A DNA stretch of 63,688 bases, filler included, from Circinaria calcarea (GCA_051942165.1; 45 parts of 45 records of this genome joined end to end with filler, not necessarily neighbours in it), one strand, 5' to 3'; counted from the first letter of the whole stretch, positions 9,889-21,935 are shown. Translations and numbers: made by a program. The notes: generated by a model not told the origin, from the sequence alone.

Positions 9889-12800
9889 NNNNNNNNNNNN
9901 NNNNNNNNNNNNNNNNNNNNNNNNNNNNNNNNTTAATTAATTAANNNNNNNNNNNNNNNNNNNNNNNNNNNNNNNNNNNNNNNNNNNNCATCTAGTGAGT
10001 ACAAACGAGGGCTTGGCCAATGTGCCAAATATACTTCGCTGATTATCCATGCCAGATACCTGCCACGTTGCCATATCCTCCGCCATAGCTATGGTACTTA
10101 CTTGGGAGCAGATCCGTGCGGCTCTAAACACTCTCTCGAACCTTTGCGTTTCAAAGCCACTAGAACCACCTCATGGAGGCCGAGCCTACTTTGGATCGAA
10201 GCCAGGGATTGTTGGCCGACAAATTGCGAAGCGGAGTAGGATAACTGGACTAAATGCATTACCTCCACATGCGAACATTACGATTTTTGAACAACTGGAA
10301 CCTTGGCAGGCAGATGCGGCGGCTGAAGTCAAAACTTGCACCTGGCAAGCGGTATCAAAAGGAACTTCTATAAGTTCATGTAAGCATGCGTAGGGATCCA
10401 GGAATAAAGATACCTTGCTTCGACCCTGAACCGTATAAAAAGGGTACCCCTTAGAAACTACGCAACAGTGAGTGAGTAGTGCATATTGTCTGACGAGAAC
10501 TGAAGAGGCGGAAAAGACATGTTCCAGGCGTCATGCTTTGTGCTATATTCTAGGTGATGATCGTGACGGAAGCTCGAATACTCTGATCGCATTTTGAGTA
10601 TCCAGCATACTCCAGACATGGGTGTGAATGGATGCTTCCTTTGATTGACTCTTGCTGACTCCTACTAGGCGTGGTTCGTAATCTCGTGAGATTACCATCC
10701 CACACCGAATAGCTCTACTGTTCGAGCGGCACCGGTGCCTGGTAGTGAAGACTTGGTGCCATGCCTCCAACGTTAGGGCTTCACTTTCCCGAGATTGAGG
10801 GTCTTCGCGGTCAGCCTGTAAACCGGTCTTGTTCAGCCGATATTGAAGCTCGTTGCAGTCGTCAGAGGTCAAGGTATGATATAGACATCTGAGTTTGGGC
10901 CGTGGGCCACTTGGGGCAACGTGAATAATTTTAGTACGAAAGCCCTTGCAAGGTTAATTGCTTTTGGGCCGTATCGGATTCCTTTCTGCAGCTCATCATA
11001 CCGTAATAGTAGAGCATCATTTTGATATGCAAAGCCAATTAATAATCAAAGGAATCCTTGAGACCCTTACATGCCCGGGCCACCTAATTGGGAGGCACGG
11101 GCCGTAAATTAGGCGCAGGCACGCGCTATCGCCAGGGCCCTTGTCCTTAGAGTACTTTAAACTCATATACAACATAACTTTCTCTCGCATTGCGCTCATT
11201 CTAGTGCTCCCTACCCAAACCACACCGCCGCATCCACTCCGACCTCAACCCTCCTCCATCTCTCCTCACCACCCAAGCCGCGAACCATGGACTCGCCCGC
11301 CACCGCCCCTCCCNNNNNNNNNNNNNNNNNNNNNNNNNNNNNNNNNNNNNNNNNNNNTTAATTAATTAANNNNNNNNNNNNNNNNNNNNNNNNNNNNNNN
11401 NNNNNNNNNNNNNAAACCAAGGCCAGATATCCTCCCGCACTATGATGTCTACAGCAGGTAAAACCCTCTACTCTTCTCGTCTCTTCTCTTCTCTATATTT
11501 CCCGTGTCCCGTTTCCTGTACTTTCCATTACCGGTTTGTTTGGTTAGTTGTTTGGTTATTGAAATGGTTATTGAAATGGTTTCCAAGGGGATAGGAAGAG
11601 AAAGAAGAAAAAAGAAAAAAGCCACCCCAAATCTAAATGTATTTTTTTTCCCTTTCGTTTTTTCGGTTGTTGGGATGCCCTGGCCCTGGCCCTAGGCATT
11701 TAGTTGTTACCATATGCAACCGGCCCGGAAAAAAGCGGCTCCACTACACTACACTGCCACTGCCACTGCCAGTACACTACAACTGCCCCAAGATAACCTG
11801 TAGTACAATACAGTACAGTAACAGCACAGTACAGTAACAGTACAGTACAAACCGAGGAGTTCACTCACTATGCACTCAGCAGGCAGCTATTGGAAATTTG
11901 GGCGGGGCCTAGCCTAGCCTAGCTTTGTTGTGCATTGTGCATTGTGCCCTCCTCGGATTGCTTTGCCGTGTTTGGTTGGGTGGTGCCTAGGTGTATATAG
12001 CGAAGAGCGGGTCGCGCGGAAAGATATTATATGAATATTCGAAGAAGGCCCAAGATATTTTCTTAACAAACAGTCCCGCCCCCCCATCCCCTTCCCCCCC
12101 CTTCTCTAAGGAAGTTTTTCTTTTTCCTTTCTTCGAAAAGTGAAAATGCAAAAATTATCACCCATCCATCTCCTCATACGGGCCTCTCCCTTTCTCCTTT
12201 CTCCTTTCTCCTTTCCCTTCTAACGCATACGACTCATCTCACCACTCCTACCTCCCCAACCACGCCAGAATCATCAAACCTCTCCCTATCAAATTATTCA
12301 AACACCAAGGTTTTAAATGTAGATTTAAAATCCGGATTAAAGGCTTCCGCATCCACCGCTTCAGTTCATGCAGCACAACAGCTACACCGACACCTAAACC
12401 TATCTAGCCCATCCCAATCCATCCACCCATCCAATCGGGGTACGGAATTTTACGGTCCCGCGTCGAGAGGGGTTCGACGATGGAAATGCCAAACCCCATC
12501 CAAAAGCAAGAAAAGAAAAAGAATGATCAGCCCTCCAACACTAATGATCGAAGGAATTTCGTAATTTCCGAAACGGGGAAAAGGGAAAGGAGTAGAATGG
12601 CCCTGTTTTTGATGATTCAAGGATTGCAAGGGAAGATGTAGATAAAGGGAGTTATGAAATGGAGCTCAGAGGGTATATACAATGTATGATAGAGTGGTAT
12701 ATATATAGTCTCCCTGTACTAATAGCGGAGACATGTNNNNNNNNNNNNNNNNNNNNNNNNNNNNNNNNNNNNNNNNNNNNTTAATTAATTAANNNNNNNN

Positions 12801-13717
12801 NNNNNNNNNNNNNNNNNNNNNNNNNNNNNNNNNNNNTTTATATACCGACACGCGCATCCGTCCTCTCGGGCTATATAAACGGTCTCATCGCGGGCTTAAC
12901 CCGCGCAGTGGCCGCTATTATACACCACGCCTCGCGTTAGATAGCAAGCTATCCTCCGTTTCGCGTTACCTGTAGGGGTCTCCCCCATTCAGGCCGACCG
13001 TGTCTCGCAGGCGATTCCCGTAGATCACGCATACCAGCCGCGTACGTGTTCCTCGCCTACTAACCAAGCTTGTGTCCCCGTTATCTTAACAGATGCTCTT
13101 ATACAACGGCCGTAGCACGCTTTAACGAGGGTTGTATAAGATCGTTCCAAGTGTCCTTATATCTGTAGACTGCCCGTGGATCCCTGCGAAACGCGTACGA
13201 AGAGGTTGCTCGTGGATTTCAAGGAGGCCGTAGCTGCGCTTTAACGAGGTCCTTGAGCCTTAACGGGGTCTCTTCGCGTACGAGACGCCGGGCCTTAACG
13301 AGGTTCTGCCAAATATCAGTAGTTTGTTTGTGTTAACGGTTCTCATCCCCTCGTCGCATACGCCGCGCGGGCGTATCACACGCTCAGAGAATGACAAGCA
13401 CAGAGGTGTCCTATCCTTTGATTAGGCGATACCACTTCGATTGACTGTAAGATCAATGTCTGGTTCTGCGTACGAGTCAGATAATCAAAGGTCGGATGGT
13501 TTTCTTATCCCAGTATCCTCTGGTTCGGTGTGGTGTACGGTCGCAACGCGCGCGGTTGACACGCGTTTTGGCCGTACACCACGGTGGATTCTCTTTGGTT
13601 TCCTCGCCGACGCGACTGCGCCGACGAGTACTGACACCGGATACCGCGTGAAGGTAAGAATCCGTGATCCCTACTGCCTGAACGACTGGCAGCAGCTCAA
13701 CGTGCGCGCTGAGGGCT

Positions 13718-14033
13718 ATACAGCCTATTCTTTGGCCAGCTTTTTCACCCGACCTTAACCCCATTGAAAATGTCTGGAACATCATGAAAGATTGGATAGC
13801 GGCGAACTATCCTGATAATTTGACGTACGACCAACTGCGTGATGCAGTTAATAAGGCATGGGAGGCTGTAGGAGCACAGGAATTATTAGACCTCGTCCGA
13901 TCGATGCCTGCGCGTTGCCAGGCTGTAATTGACGCGAATGGAATGCATATTCCTTACTGAGGATAGATCCTGCATTAGTCTAGAGCTATAATCCTTGTCA
14001 GTGACGGGGGTGTAACGAAACTTACCCCCTGTA
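13718..14033 (+). mobile_element. Tc1/mariner (IS630-Tc1 DDE) transposon 3' end: transposase C-terminus (13718-13960), right terminus and TA
   Basis: IQPILWPAFSPDLNPIENVWNIMKDWIAANYP...SMPARCQAVIDANGMHIPY*. The element ends ...TTACCCCCTG followed by TA (14032-14033). Confidence 0.88.
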
Positions 14034-14873
14034 GGTTGTACACCCGCGCTAGACATGGGCCTACTGTGGTACTCCCAAAGTTTTTGTCAAACTGGGATCA
14101 CCCCCAAACTTCCGCTAATAAAAATATTTTTCCTAATCGAAATTTTGAGGTATAATACNNNNNNNNNNNNNNNNNNNNNNNNNNNNNNNNNNNNNNNNNN
14201 NNTTAATTAATTAANNNNNNNNNNNNNNNNNNNNNNNNNNNNNNNNNNNNNNNNNNNNATCTTCCCTCCCACCTCTCCCTTTCGCCTCCAGCCCGTGTAG
14301 TCCGCATCATGCCCACATCTGAATCAACTTCCACCAGAAATTCATCCTCGCAACATCATCTCCGGTGTCGTAAGAGAGATATCCAACGTAGAGGGCTGCG
14401 GCGGAGGTGCGCACGGTGCGGAAACGCTAGAGGCGGAAGCTGATAGATTTATAAAGCGTCGAAGGTTGGGATAGAGAATTGGTGGTGGCGGATGCGTGGA
14501 GCGGTACGTTTTGTGCAGGGAGTTTTGGGGTGGAAGGGGGTTGTGGATATTTTGTAAATTGAAAATGAGATAGGACTAGAACGAAATCTTAATGAATGCG
14601 TAGGAAGGTGAATGTGAGATAACTCATCTCGTTTTTTTGGGGTAAAATAAACACCAGGCCCGGCGCCTTTATTGATAGAATATCTATTCCAAAACCCAAA
14701 ATCGCTTATGGTACGCCACCCGCACCCTTCATCTATAATTCACCGTGTCGCCAAACCACCAAACATCCATCCCCCCGCGCGCATTTTCCATCTTCAAATA
14801 TTCCAAAATCCAAAACCCCCCTTCACACTCATATCGTATTTCTGAATTTCCAACCTTTGGGACAACCCCAGCC

Positions 14874-15580
14874 ATGGCACCGCGAGATCCGTCGCCAGAT
14901 CACACCCGGACCAGCACGCCGGATGCGGCGGAGAAGGAAAAGGAAAAAGAAAAGGAAAAAGAAAAGGAAAAAGAAAAGGAGAGGGGCATGGCGACGATTC
15001 AGACACTGCGCTAAATATGTATGCTAGATCTTTTAAGAAAAAATAAAAGGCGCGGGCTTTCTGGGGTGATGCGCAGGTTCTTGTAAAGTAATGAAAAAAA
15101 CTAATTCTTGGGGTTTTGCAGAATCGGGGTGAAGGCGTTTATCGAAAAAATAAGCTTATTTCTTTTATTTTTATTCTTTATAATTTACGACCGTTCACTC
15201 TTTGCGTATAAGTGGATTAATGGATTTCTATATAATATATATTATTTTATGAATTTTGTTTTTTATATACGATTATAAACTCAAGAATATTAAATATTTT
15301 ATATATCCGGATTTACCGTATTAAAATTCTATTCGTGCCTATAAGCTTTGGTGGGTGATTAAAGCGGCGTCGTTTTTTATTTTTTAATTTTTTTAATTTT
15401 GATCGTCGCCGCTTTTTACGCTGCAGTACCGTTAATTTTAGATAATATTTAATATCGAGATAAAATTATTATTTTTAATTTTTATATTTATAATAATTTA
15501 AAAACGAGTTAAAAAATATTATTTATAATTTTTTTTTCATTTATATCTCGGATCTTTTTAATATATAATTTTCCTTTATC
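14874..15580 (+). pseudogene. RIP-mutated, apparently spliced gene of unknown function
   Basis: MAPRDPSPDHTRTSTPDAAEKEKE...MATIQTLR then TAA. Branch CTAAT (15101) and acceptor TTGCAG (15121). Downstream frame IGVKAFIEK...DRSLFAYKWING... has only TAA stops and rising AT content. Confidence 0.6.
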
Positions 15581-15681
15581 NNNNNNNNNNNNNNNNNNNN
15601 NNNNNNNNNNNNNNNNNNNNNNNNTTAATTAATTAANNNNNNNNNNNNNNNNNNNNNNNNNNNNNNNNNNNNNNNNNNNNC

Positions 15682-16475
15682 ATTGTCGGCCTCCAGACAC
15701 AGGGCAGCCGCATCATTGCTAGTGACGTACAAGAAAGCGTAACGTACGTGGTCTACAAGTACCAAGAAAACCTTCTCATACCGTTCGTCGACGATGTCAT
15801 TGCTAGGTGGACGACTTGTACTACTATGGTGGACTACGAGACGGTAGCAGGCGGTGATAAGTTTGGTAACTTGTGGCTCCTGCGTTGTCCACAAAAAGCA
15901 TCTGAAGAAGCAGATGAAGACGGTGCCGGGGCTCATTTGGTGCATGAACGGCAATACCTCCAAGGCGCACCCAACAGAGCAGCTCTCATGTGCCACTTCT
16001 ATCCGCAAGACATCCCGACCAGTATCCAAAAAACAACTTTAGTAGCCGGTGGACGCGACGTGCTGGTTTGGACAGGGTTGCAAGGAACTTTGGGTATCTT
16101 GATTCCATTTGTAAGTCGGGAGGATGTCGATTTCTTTCAAACACTAGAGCAGCACTTGAGGAGCGAAGATGCGCCGCTGGCGGGGAGGGATCATTTGATC
16201 TATCGGAGCTACTACGTGCCGGTCAAGGGGGTTATTGATGGAGATTGTAAGATGGCCTTTAAATTAGTGTGACTTGATTTGTGCACGGTGCTAACATGAG
16301 TCTAGTATGTGAGCGATATCCTTTGTTGCCGAATGATAAGAAACAGATGATCGCGGGCGAATTGGATAGATCGGTTCGGGAGATTGAGAGGAAGATTTCG
16401 GTAAGTGCTCTCACTCAAAGCCAGTTGTTTGGTGCTAACGATGTATAGGATATGCGAACCAGGGTGGCTTACTAG
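15682..16475 (+). CDS. RSE1: Splicing factor Rse1/SF3B3, C-terminal 3 exons (to 16246, 16306-16400, 16449-16475)
   Basis: [67 protein letters not shown]. Confidence 0.97.
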
Positions 16476-16597
16476 ATATCTTTTCTGAATATCAGGAACG
16501 ATTCTCAGCGGTAACCTACAAGCAAAGAACCTCATATCAGCTAGAATGCTTTTCCATTTCGATCATTCTCTATCTCAATCCACCTATCTTCGTTTCA

Positions 16598-16646
16598 CAT
16601 TTCCCATTTCCCATTTCCCATTTCCCATTTCCCATTTCCCATTTCC
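16598..16646. repeat. (CATTTCC)x7 microsatellite
   Basis: Read directly from sequence. Confidence 0.9.
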
Positions 16647-17114
16647 CCCCTTTGCCTCCCTTTCCCCCATACATCAAACAGTCTCTCCGCCTCGCTCGAT
16701 CTCCCGTACCTCCCAATCGCTTGATCTAGAGCTGGATGCGATGAACCCGCCCTTATCTCTTTCTTTTTTTCCCCCATTCTTTTGAATAGGAAAAAAAGCA
16801 AAGAGGAGAGCCCGTTTTTATCGTCATGAGACAAGAGCGAAAATTTGCCAGCCAAAAACCCGATGGTTTTTGAGTACGCTCCCACTCATGTTTTTCTGTT
16901 CTGATTCTGTTGGAAAGAAAAAACCAAAGATGGTGCGGAATGCGTAATTTGATCGTCGGGATATTGATTGTCGTTTTTGGGGATGTGAGTGGAGGGGGAG
17001 GGNNNNNNNNNNNNNNNNNNNNNNNNNNNNNNNNNNNNNNNNNNNNTTAATTAATTAANNNNNNNNNNNNNNNNNNNNNNNNNNNNNNNNNNNNNNNNNN
17101 NNTGTTTGGCGGAC

Positions 17115-18424
17115 TTATTCCTCCCCGAGGAAGACACTGTGGCAGTTTTCAATCAAAAACTGCACGGCTTGGTTCTTGGCTTGCGTGTCGCTCATTTCTC
17201 TTGCGATACTCTCGGGCCGCATAATGGTCGGCGCGAAGACGACAGCCACGTTGAGACTGGTCATCAAGTTATCCTTCTCCTGTTGGGCAACTCGAGCTAA
17301 ATGGAAGACCAAGAACTCCAAGCAATCTCGGTGTCTTGCTGGCAATTCGTTGATGGCAGAACGCATTAGCACGATACGATGCTGTTCGTCAATCACGGTG
17401 GTAGAATCTAGAAGTTTATCGTAAACAGGATACGTGATAAGCGGTGTGGGTAGTTTGCGAAAGTACTGTTTCAGGGCGGACGTAACAGCATTGATATCCA
17501 GGTCAGAGTCAGATATGTCAAAGTCATTGCTTTGCTCAAAGCCTTCCTTGACATGTTGTATTTGCGAGTTGCCGCCGGATTTGCGATAAATTCCCTCTGC
17601 ATCCATGCCTTCGGAGCAATTAGTCGCGAGGGCTTTCAGGATATAATGAGAGCTTGCAACATACCTCTGCGCTCTACTTCCTGAACGCAACGCATGACGA
17701 TGCCGGGAATGCTGACTTTCTCATATTCGGCACGCTGCTCAAGCTCCGAGCCATACAGAACTGGGAGTGCATCAGTACACTCAAACCTCTGTATTCTCAT
17801 CCATGTCCCTTACCTGACGCATTTTCCGCCGCAACACCGAGCGAGGCGCCATTCGTCAAACCTCTAGGCTGAGCAGGCCTTGGCCTTTGATTGTTGTTAT
17901 TGAAGAACCCGAAACCCTGGCGTGTAGGATCGTTGATTGCACCTCTTTGCAGCGAAGTTGAGGGGTACTCTTGACTTTGCAGCACAGCGCCGTACGGAAT
18001 CCCCTCTGTAATCGAACCTTCACGTTGCTGATACTTGTTTGTATCGTTAGACGTAAAGGCACCTTTTAACCCTTTCGTGACTCCTTTCGCAACATTTTGT
18101 CCCCCTTTCTTCCAGTTGAACTTCTTTGGCTGACCCTTTCGGATGTTAACGACCTGAGGGGCGGTAAGGATTGTAGCAGGCTCAACCTCATGCTCATTGA
18201 TGACAGTAGTTCCGGTGTAATTACTCTCAGTAATCGATGGACGTAGTTCTCGACTATCCATGGAAATGTTGGATTTATCCTTTGTAGGTTGCGTGTATAT
18301 CCCAAGCCCTTGAGGCGGTGGTTTGACTGCGTCCAACGTGTTGTTCGCATTTGCTTTGTACAGTGCTTGTATCTGATGAACTAATTGGTTGTTGAGTTCA
18401 GCAAGCTGCGCATTCTTCACGGAT
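17115..18424 (-). CDS. Rho GTPase-activating protein (Rga1/Rga2-like), C-terminal 3 exons
   Basis: GMDAEGIYRKSGG, ALKQYFRKLPTPLIT and NLMTSLNVAVVFAPTIMRP (RhoGAP). Upstream coiled coil KNAQLAELNNQL and PQVVNIRKGQPKKFNWKKGG. Confidence 0.93.
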
Positions 18425-18589
18425 NNNNNNNNNNNNNNNNNNNNNNNNNNNNNNNNNNNNNNNNNNNNTTAATTAATTAANNNNNNNNNNNNNNNNNNNN
18501 NNNNNNNNNNNNNNNNNNNNNNNNGAGGAGGAGGGGTAGGAGGCTTAAAGGGTTAGGTCAAAATTGTAACTTGGAGTAGAAAATCTTAA

Positions 18590-19042
18590 CGGAAAATTGC
18601 AATTTCATACCCCAGAACTTTGAATTTTACAATTTCCACCCCTAAGTTGCAATTTCATACCCCACCCCCAAATTCTAGTGATTGAACCTTCTGTTAATGC
18701 AAGGTGGCTATTATTAAGATCACTACGGAAGGTCGCTGTCACTGCCGTAAAGACCCACTATCGCAGAGGTCACTGTCGCCAGTGGCATTGCGACACACTG
18801 GCATTGCGACACACACGAGAGCGACACACACGAGAGCGACACACACGAGAGCGACACACACGAGAGCGACACAGTGTGACAGCGACCCACTGAAAACCGC
18901 GATAGTGAACTTAGTCTATTAACCTCGGGCCGGGTTCTTAGGCTAGTACCCTCCTGAGAGCGGTGTGTTTTTCGGGGTGCCCCCTAAAATTTTGGGGTGG
19001 GGTATGAAATTGCAACTTAGGGGTGGAAATTGCAATTTTCCG
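18590..19042. mobile_element. Non-autonomous TIR element (MULE/MITE-like), copy A, containing a (GCGACACACACGAGA)x4 array at 18806-18865
   Basis: Termini CGGAAAATTGCAATTTC / GAAATTGCAATTTTCCG, plus an internal inverted repeat of about 45 bp (CAATTTCCACCCCTAAGTTGCAATTTCATACCCCACCCC). No coding capacity and no TSD seen. Confidence 0.65.
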
Positions 19043-19049
19043 AAAACGT

Positions 19050-19639
19050 CGAAAATTAGCAAATTTATACCCCTCCGCTGGAATAGCCGACTAGAATAGC
19101 CTGAGTATGGCGTATGGCCTGTCGGCGCGGAAGGTCACCGGCGTGGGGCATAGCTTACTGGACTCATTGGCGCATGCGCTCGTGGCTTACTGGCGTATGG
19201 GCTCGCTGGCACATGGCTTACGGTCGCAAAGCGCAATAGCCTACTATCACAAAATGTATAGCTCGCATAGCAACGTAAGGTCATTATTGTGATATCGCTG
19301 GCGTAATGCTGCCTTATCTGGCAGTGATCTTCCACGGTAGTAACCTTCCCACGGCAGTAACCTTCCCACGGCAGTGACCTTTCACGGCAGTGACCTTCCA
19401 CGGCAGTGATCTTCCACGGCAGTAACCTTCCACGGCAGTGACCTTTCACGGCAGTAACCTTCCACGGCAGTGACTATGAGCCATTGCGCTTTGCGACAGC
19501 GTGCCATACGCCAATAAGCTATGCGCTATAACGCCAGTGAGCCTATACACTATATTCCTGAGGTCGGGGTATAAATTTGTAAGATGGGGTATAAATTTGT
19601 AAATTTCATCTTTACGGGATATAAATTTGTAATTTTCCG
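19050..19639. mobile_element. Related TIR element, copy B, containing about 9 copies of a 16-17-mer (CCTTCCACGGCAGTGA) at 19320-19473
   Basis: Left end CGAAAATTAGCAAATTTATACCCC. Right end has GGGGTATAAATTTGT-like x3 and finishes AATTTTCCG. Internal inverted block GTCGCAAAGCGCAAT / ATTGCGCTTTGCGAC. Confidence 0.6.
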
Positions 19640-19724
19640 ATGAATTATTGCTAAAGAATTCTCGTGTAACGCTTCGCGAGAAATCCTTCCTCGCTAAGCC
19701 AATACCTCGTGACCCCGGTAAATA

Positions 19725-19771
19725 GTTCCCCCGTAGGGTTCGTAGGGGTTCTCGGGTAAAGCCCTTACATT
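19725..19771 (-). repeat. Dispersed 47-bp repeat, probable LTR terminus (copy 1)
   Basis: 46/47 identical to 34461-34507. Reads TGTAAGGGC.. on the minus strand, a typical LTR start. Confidence 0.7.
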
Positions 19772-19946
19772 TGTCTCACGGTGTAAAGCCACCCACATTA
19801 TGTAACAACCATGCGGTACGACCGAGCCTCTCGATTTAGCTTTCTANNNNNNNNNNNNNNNNNNNNNNNNNNNNNNNNNNNNNNNNNNNNTTAATTAATT
19901 AANNNNNNNNNNNNNNNNNNNNNNNNNNNNNNNNNNNNNNNNNNNN

Positions 19947-20369
19947 CTGAGGCGTGTTCCATGGTCCTAAAAGGCCAGTTTGCCGTAATTGCCGCCTTGC
20001 TGCTCTACTCGCCCTTGCTGATATGCTTGCTCCTACCTGCTGCTGCCCTCGTTGCTGCTGAGCCTGCTGAGCCTGCTGCTGCTGCTGTTGCTGCTGGTGG
20101 AGATGGAGTTGTTGTTGAACAATTTGAGGAGGTAGGTTGACTTGCTGTAGTGTCGGATTTACTTGTATAGCTGCAAATTGGGCTTGGCTCATGTTAGGAT
20201 TACCGGGAAATATAAATATTCCCCCGTTCTGTTGCTGTTGCTGCGCCTGCTGTTGCTGCACCTGCTGTTGCTGCGCCTGCCGTTGCTGCCACATGAGTAG
20301 AAACTGCTGCTGCTGCTGTTGCCGTCGCTGTTGCCGCTGCTGTTGCTGCTGCTGTTGAAGAGTACTCAT
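19947..20369 (-). CDS. Glutamine-rich ORF, possible first exon
   Basis: MSTLQQQ...NGGIFIFPGNPNMSQAQFAAIQVNPTLQQVNLPPQ with mixed CAA/CAG codons. Possible GTAGGA donor near 20036. Confidence 0.45.
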
Positions 20370-20631
20370 GACTAAAAAAAGTTAGCAAGGTGAACGAGAT
20401 ACCCAATCGATCCACTATGCGACATGAGTGCAAACAATTTTTGCTCAAAAAAGAAGCTTGGACTTATAAATAAAGTCTTTCACCTAGAGGCTAATAATAT
20501 TCAGAACTTGTAGGACTTTCATGACAACGCTTAAGGGCTATCTTCTCCTAAATAACCCATGTACATTGGGTTCCGGAAATCGACGGTAGTGCAAAGACCA
20601 TGGTTCTTGGAGAACAAAAGTGGTAGCAAAC

Positions 20632-21267
20632 TCAAGATCCATCAAGAGCAGACAGGCAAGTACAGAAAGAATTTTGATAATAAAAAAGGGACTTACTGAC
20701 GAGAGGATGCTGTCCGTGCCTGTGTTGATGTCTTTGCTGGGTTTCTTCGTAGTAATCACGCTGGCCAATCCAAGTCTTTGTAGTGGTCTTGCTCTCGTCA
20801 AGGATCAAAACATTTCCATCTCCGAGAGGAAATTGCCATGTCGGTGCCCTCCCAACGATACCATCCAATTCGTCCCTTTTGAGGATCGTCGTCTCGAGCT
20901 CAAGTTTGAATTCTTTCAAGCCACGTAAACGGCGAAAACCATTACCCCACGAGCCTTCAGCAAAATCATCAGAAGCTTCACTGAAACTCGAATCTGGCGC
21001 CTTCCCTTGCAGTTTAGGATCCAGGCATAGCGGCGCTCCAGACTCCCACCACCACCAGTCACCATGTCGTAGCGTCAAGTGAAGCACCCGAGGTTTGAGA
21101 ATACGGATATGGGAGGACACAAGGTTAATCCATTGGCTTTCGAGCCAGTATTGCTGGACAAATAGGTGTACGCACGGCGTCACTGCGCGTTGCTCGGGGC
21201 CGGCAGCAAGCCGCTTGGCGAGAGCGCCTGATGATCCAGGCGGGCCTCGAAAGAACCATTCAACCAC
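20632..21267 (-). CDS. Conserved fungal hypothetical protein, C-terminal part
   Basis: 211-codon open frame with VHLFVQQYWLE, LHLTLRHGDWWWWE and WGNGFRRLRGLKEFKLELET motifs. Confidence 0.72.
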   Translation of the reverse strand: MVEWFFRGPPGSSGALAKRLAAGPEQRAVTPCVHLFVQQYWLESQWINLVSSHIRILKPRVLHLTLRHGDWWWWESGAPLCLDPKLQGKAPDSSFSEASDDFAEGSWGNGFRRLRGLKEFKLELETTILKRDELDGIVGRAPTWQFPLGDGNVLILDESKTTTKTWIGQRDYYEETQQRHQHRHGQHPLVSKSLFYYQNSFCTCLSALDGS

Positions 21268-21369
21268 GNNNNNNNNNNNNNNNNNNNNNNNNNNNNNNNN
21301 NNNNNNNNNNNNTTAATTAATTAANNNNNNNNNNNNNNNNNNNNNNNNNNNNNNNNNNNNNNNNNNNNA

Positions 21370-21935
21370 TTGAGCTTAGGTGCTGAAGGTATTAACATGG
21401 GTACACGGTTCATGTGCACGATTGAGGCTCCCATCCACCACAATGTCAAGCAAGAGATTGTCAATGCACAAGAAACTGATACGGAGCTGGTCCTGAGGAG
21501 ATGGAAGAACACTTCAAGGCTTTATGCGAACAAAATTGCGAAGCAGGCTGTGAAAGTGGAGAAAGAAAGCACAAGTGGGAAATTCGAGGAAGTCGCACCA
21601 TTCGTTAGCGGCAAGAGAGGCAGAGAGGTTTTTATCAACGGAGATGTGGATCATGGGGTTTGGACGGCGGGTCAGGTGATTGGACTAATACATGGTCAGT
21701 CGTTTGATGATCCCAGCTGAACTATGCTTACTCCTCACCATTCACAGATATACCAAGCTGTGAAGATCTAGTCAAACGCATAGAGCGTGAAGCCGAGGAG
21801 ACTTTGAAGAAGGCCAGCTCTTTGATCATTAGTAGTGATGCGCCTTCGGGATCAGAACCGACAACAGGCAGTGTGGGAAAGAATACCAACAGTCCTGGCG
21901 CTGAGATATGGGGTATTGGAAAGAGCAAGCTATGA
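21370..21935 (+). CDS. Nitronate monooxygenase (2-nitropropane dioxygenase) family, last 2 exons (to 21694; 21748-21935), ending in -SKL
   Basis: LGAEGINMGTRFMCTIEAPIH, GVWTAGQVIGLIH|DIPSCEDLVKRIEREA...IWGIGKSKL*. Confidence 0.92.

Noticed and set aside
9989..11313. ORFs 10049-10393 and 10543-10872
   Set aside because: No recognisable motif or splice structure, so left unannotated.
18678..19449. ORFs with HTRER/THTRA/VEGHCR repeats, and the 16-17-mer array as a CRISPR
   Set aside because: Head-to-tail minisatellites with no unique spacers, lying inside TIR elements. No cas genes, and the host is a eukaryote.
20137..20358. Cys-rich metallothionein-like ORF
   Set aside because: Antisense reading of the CAG/CAA polyQ tract.
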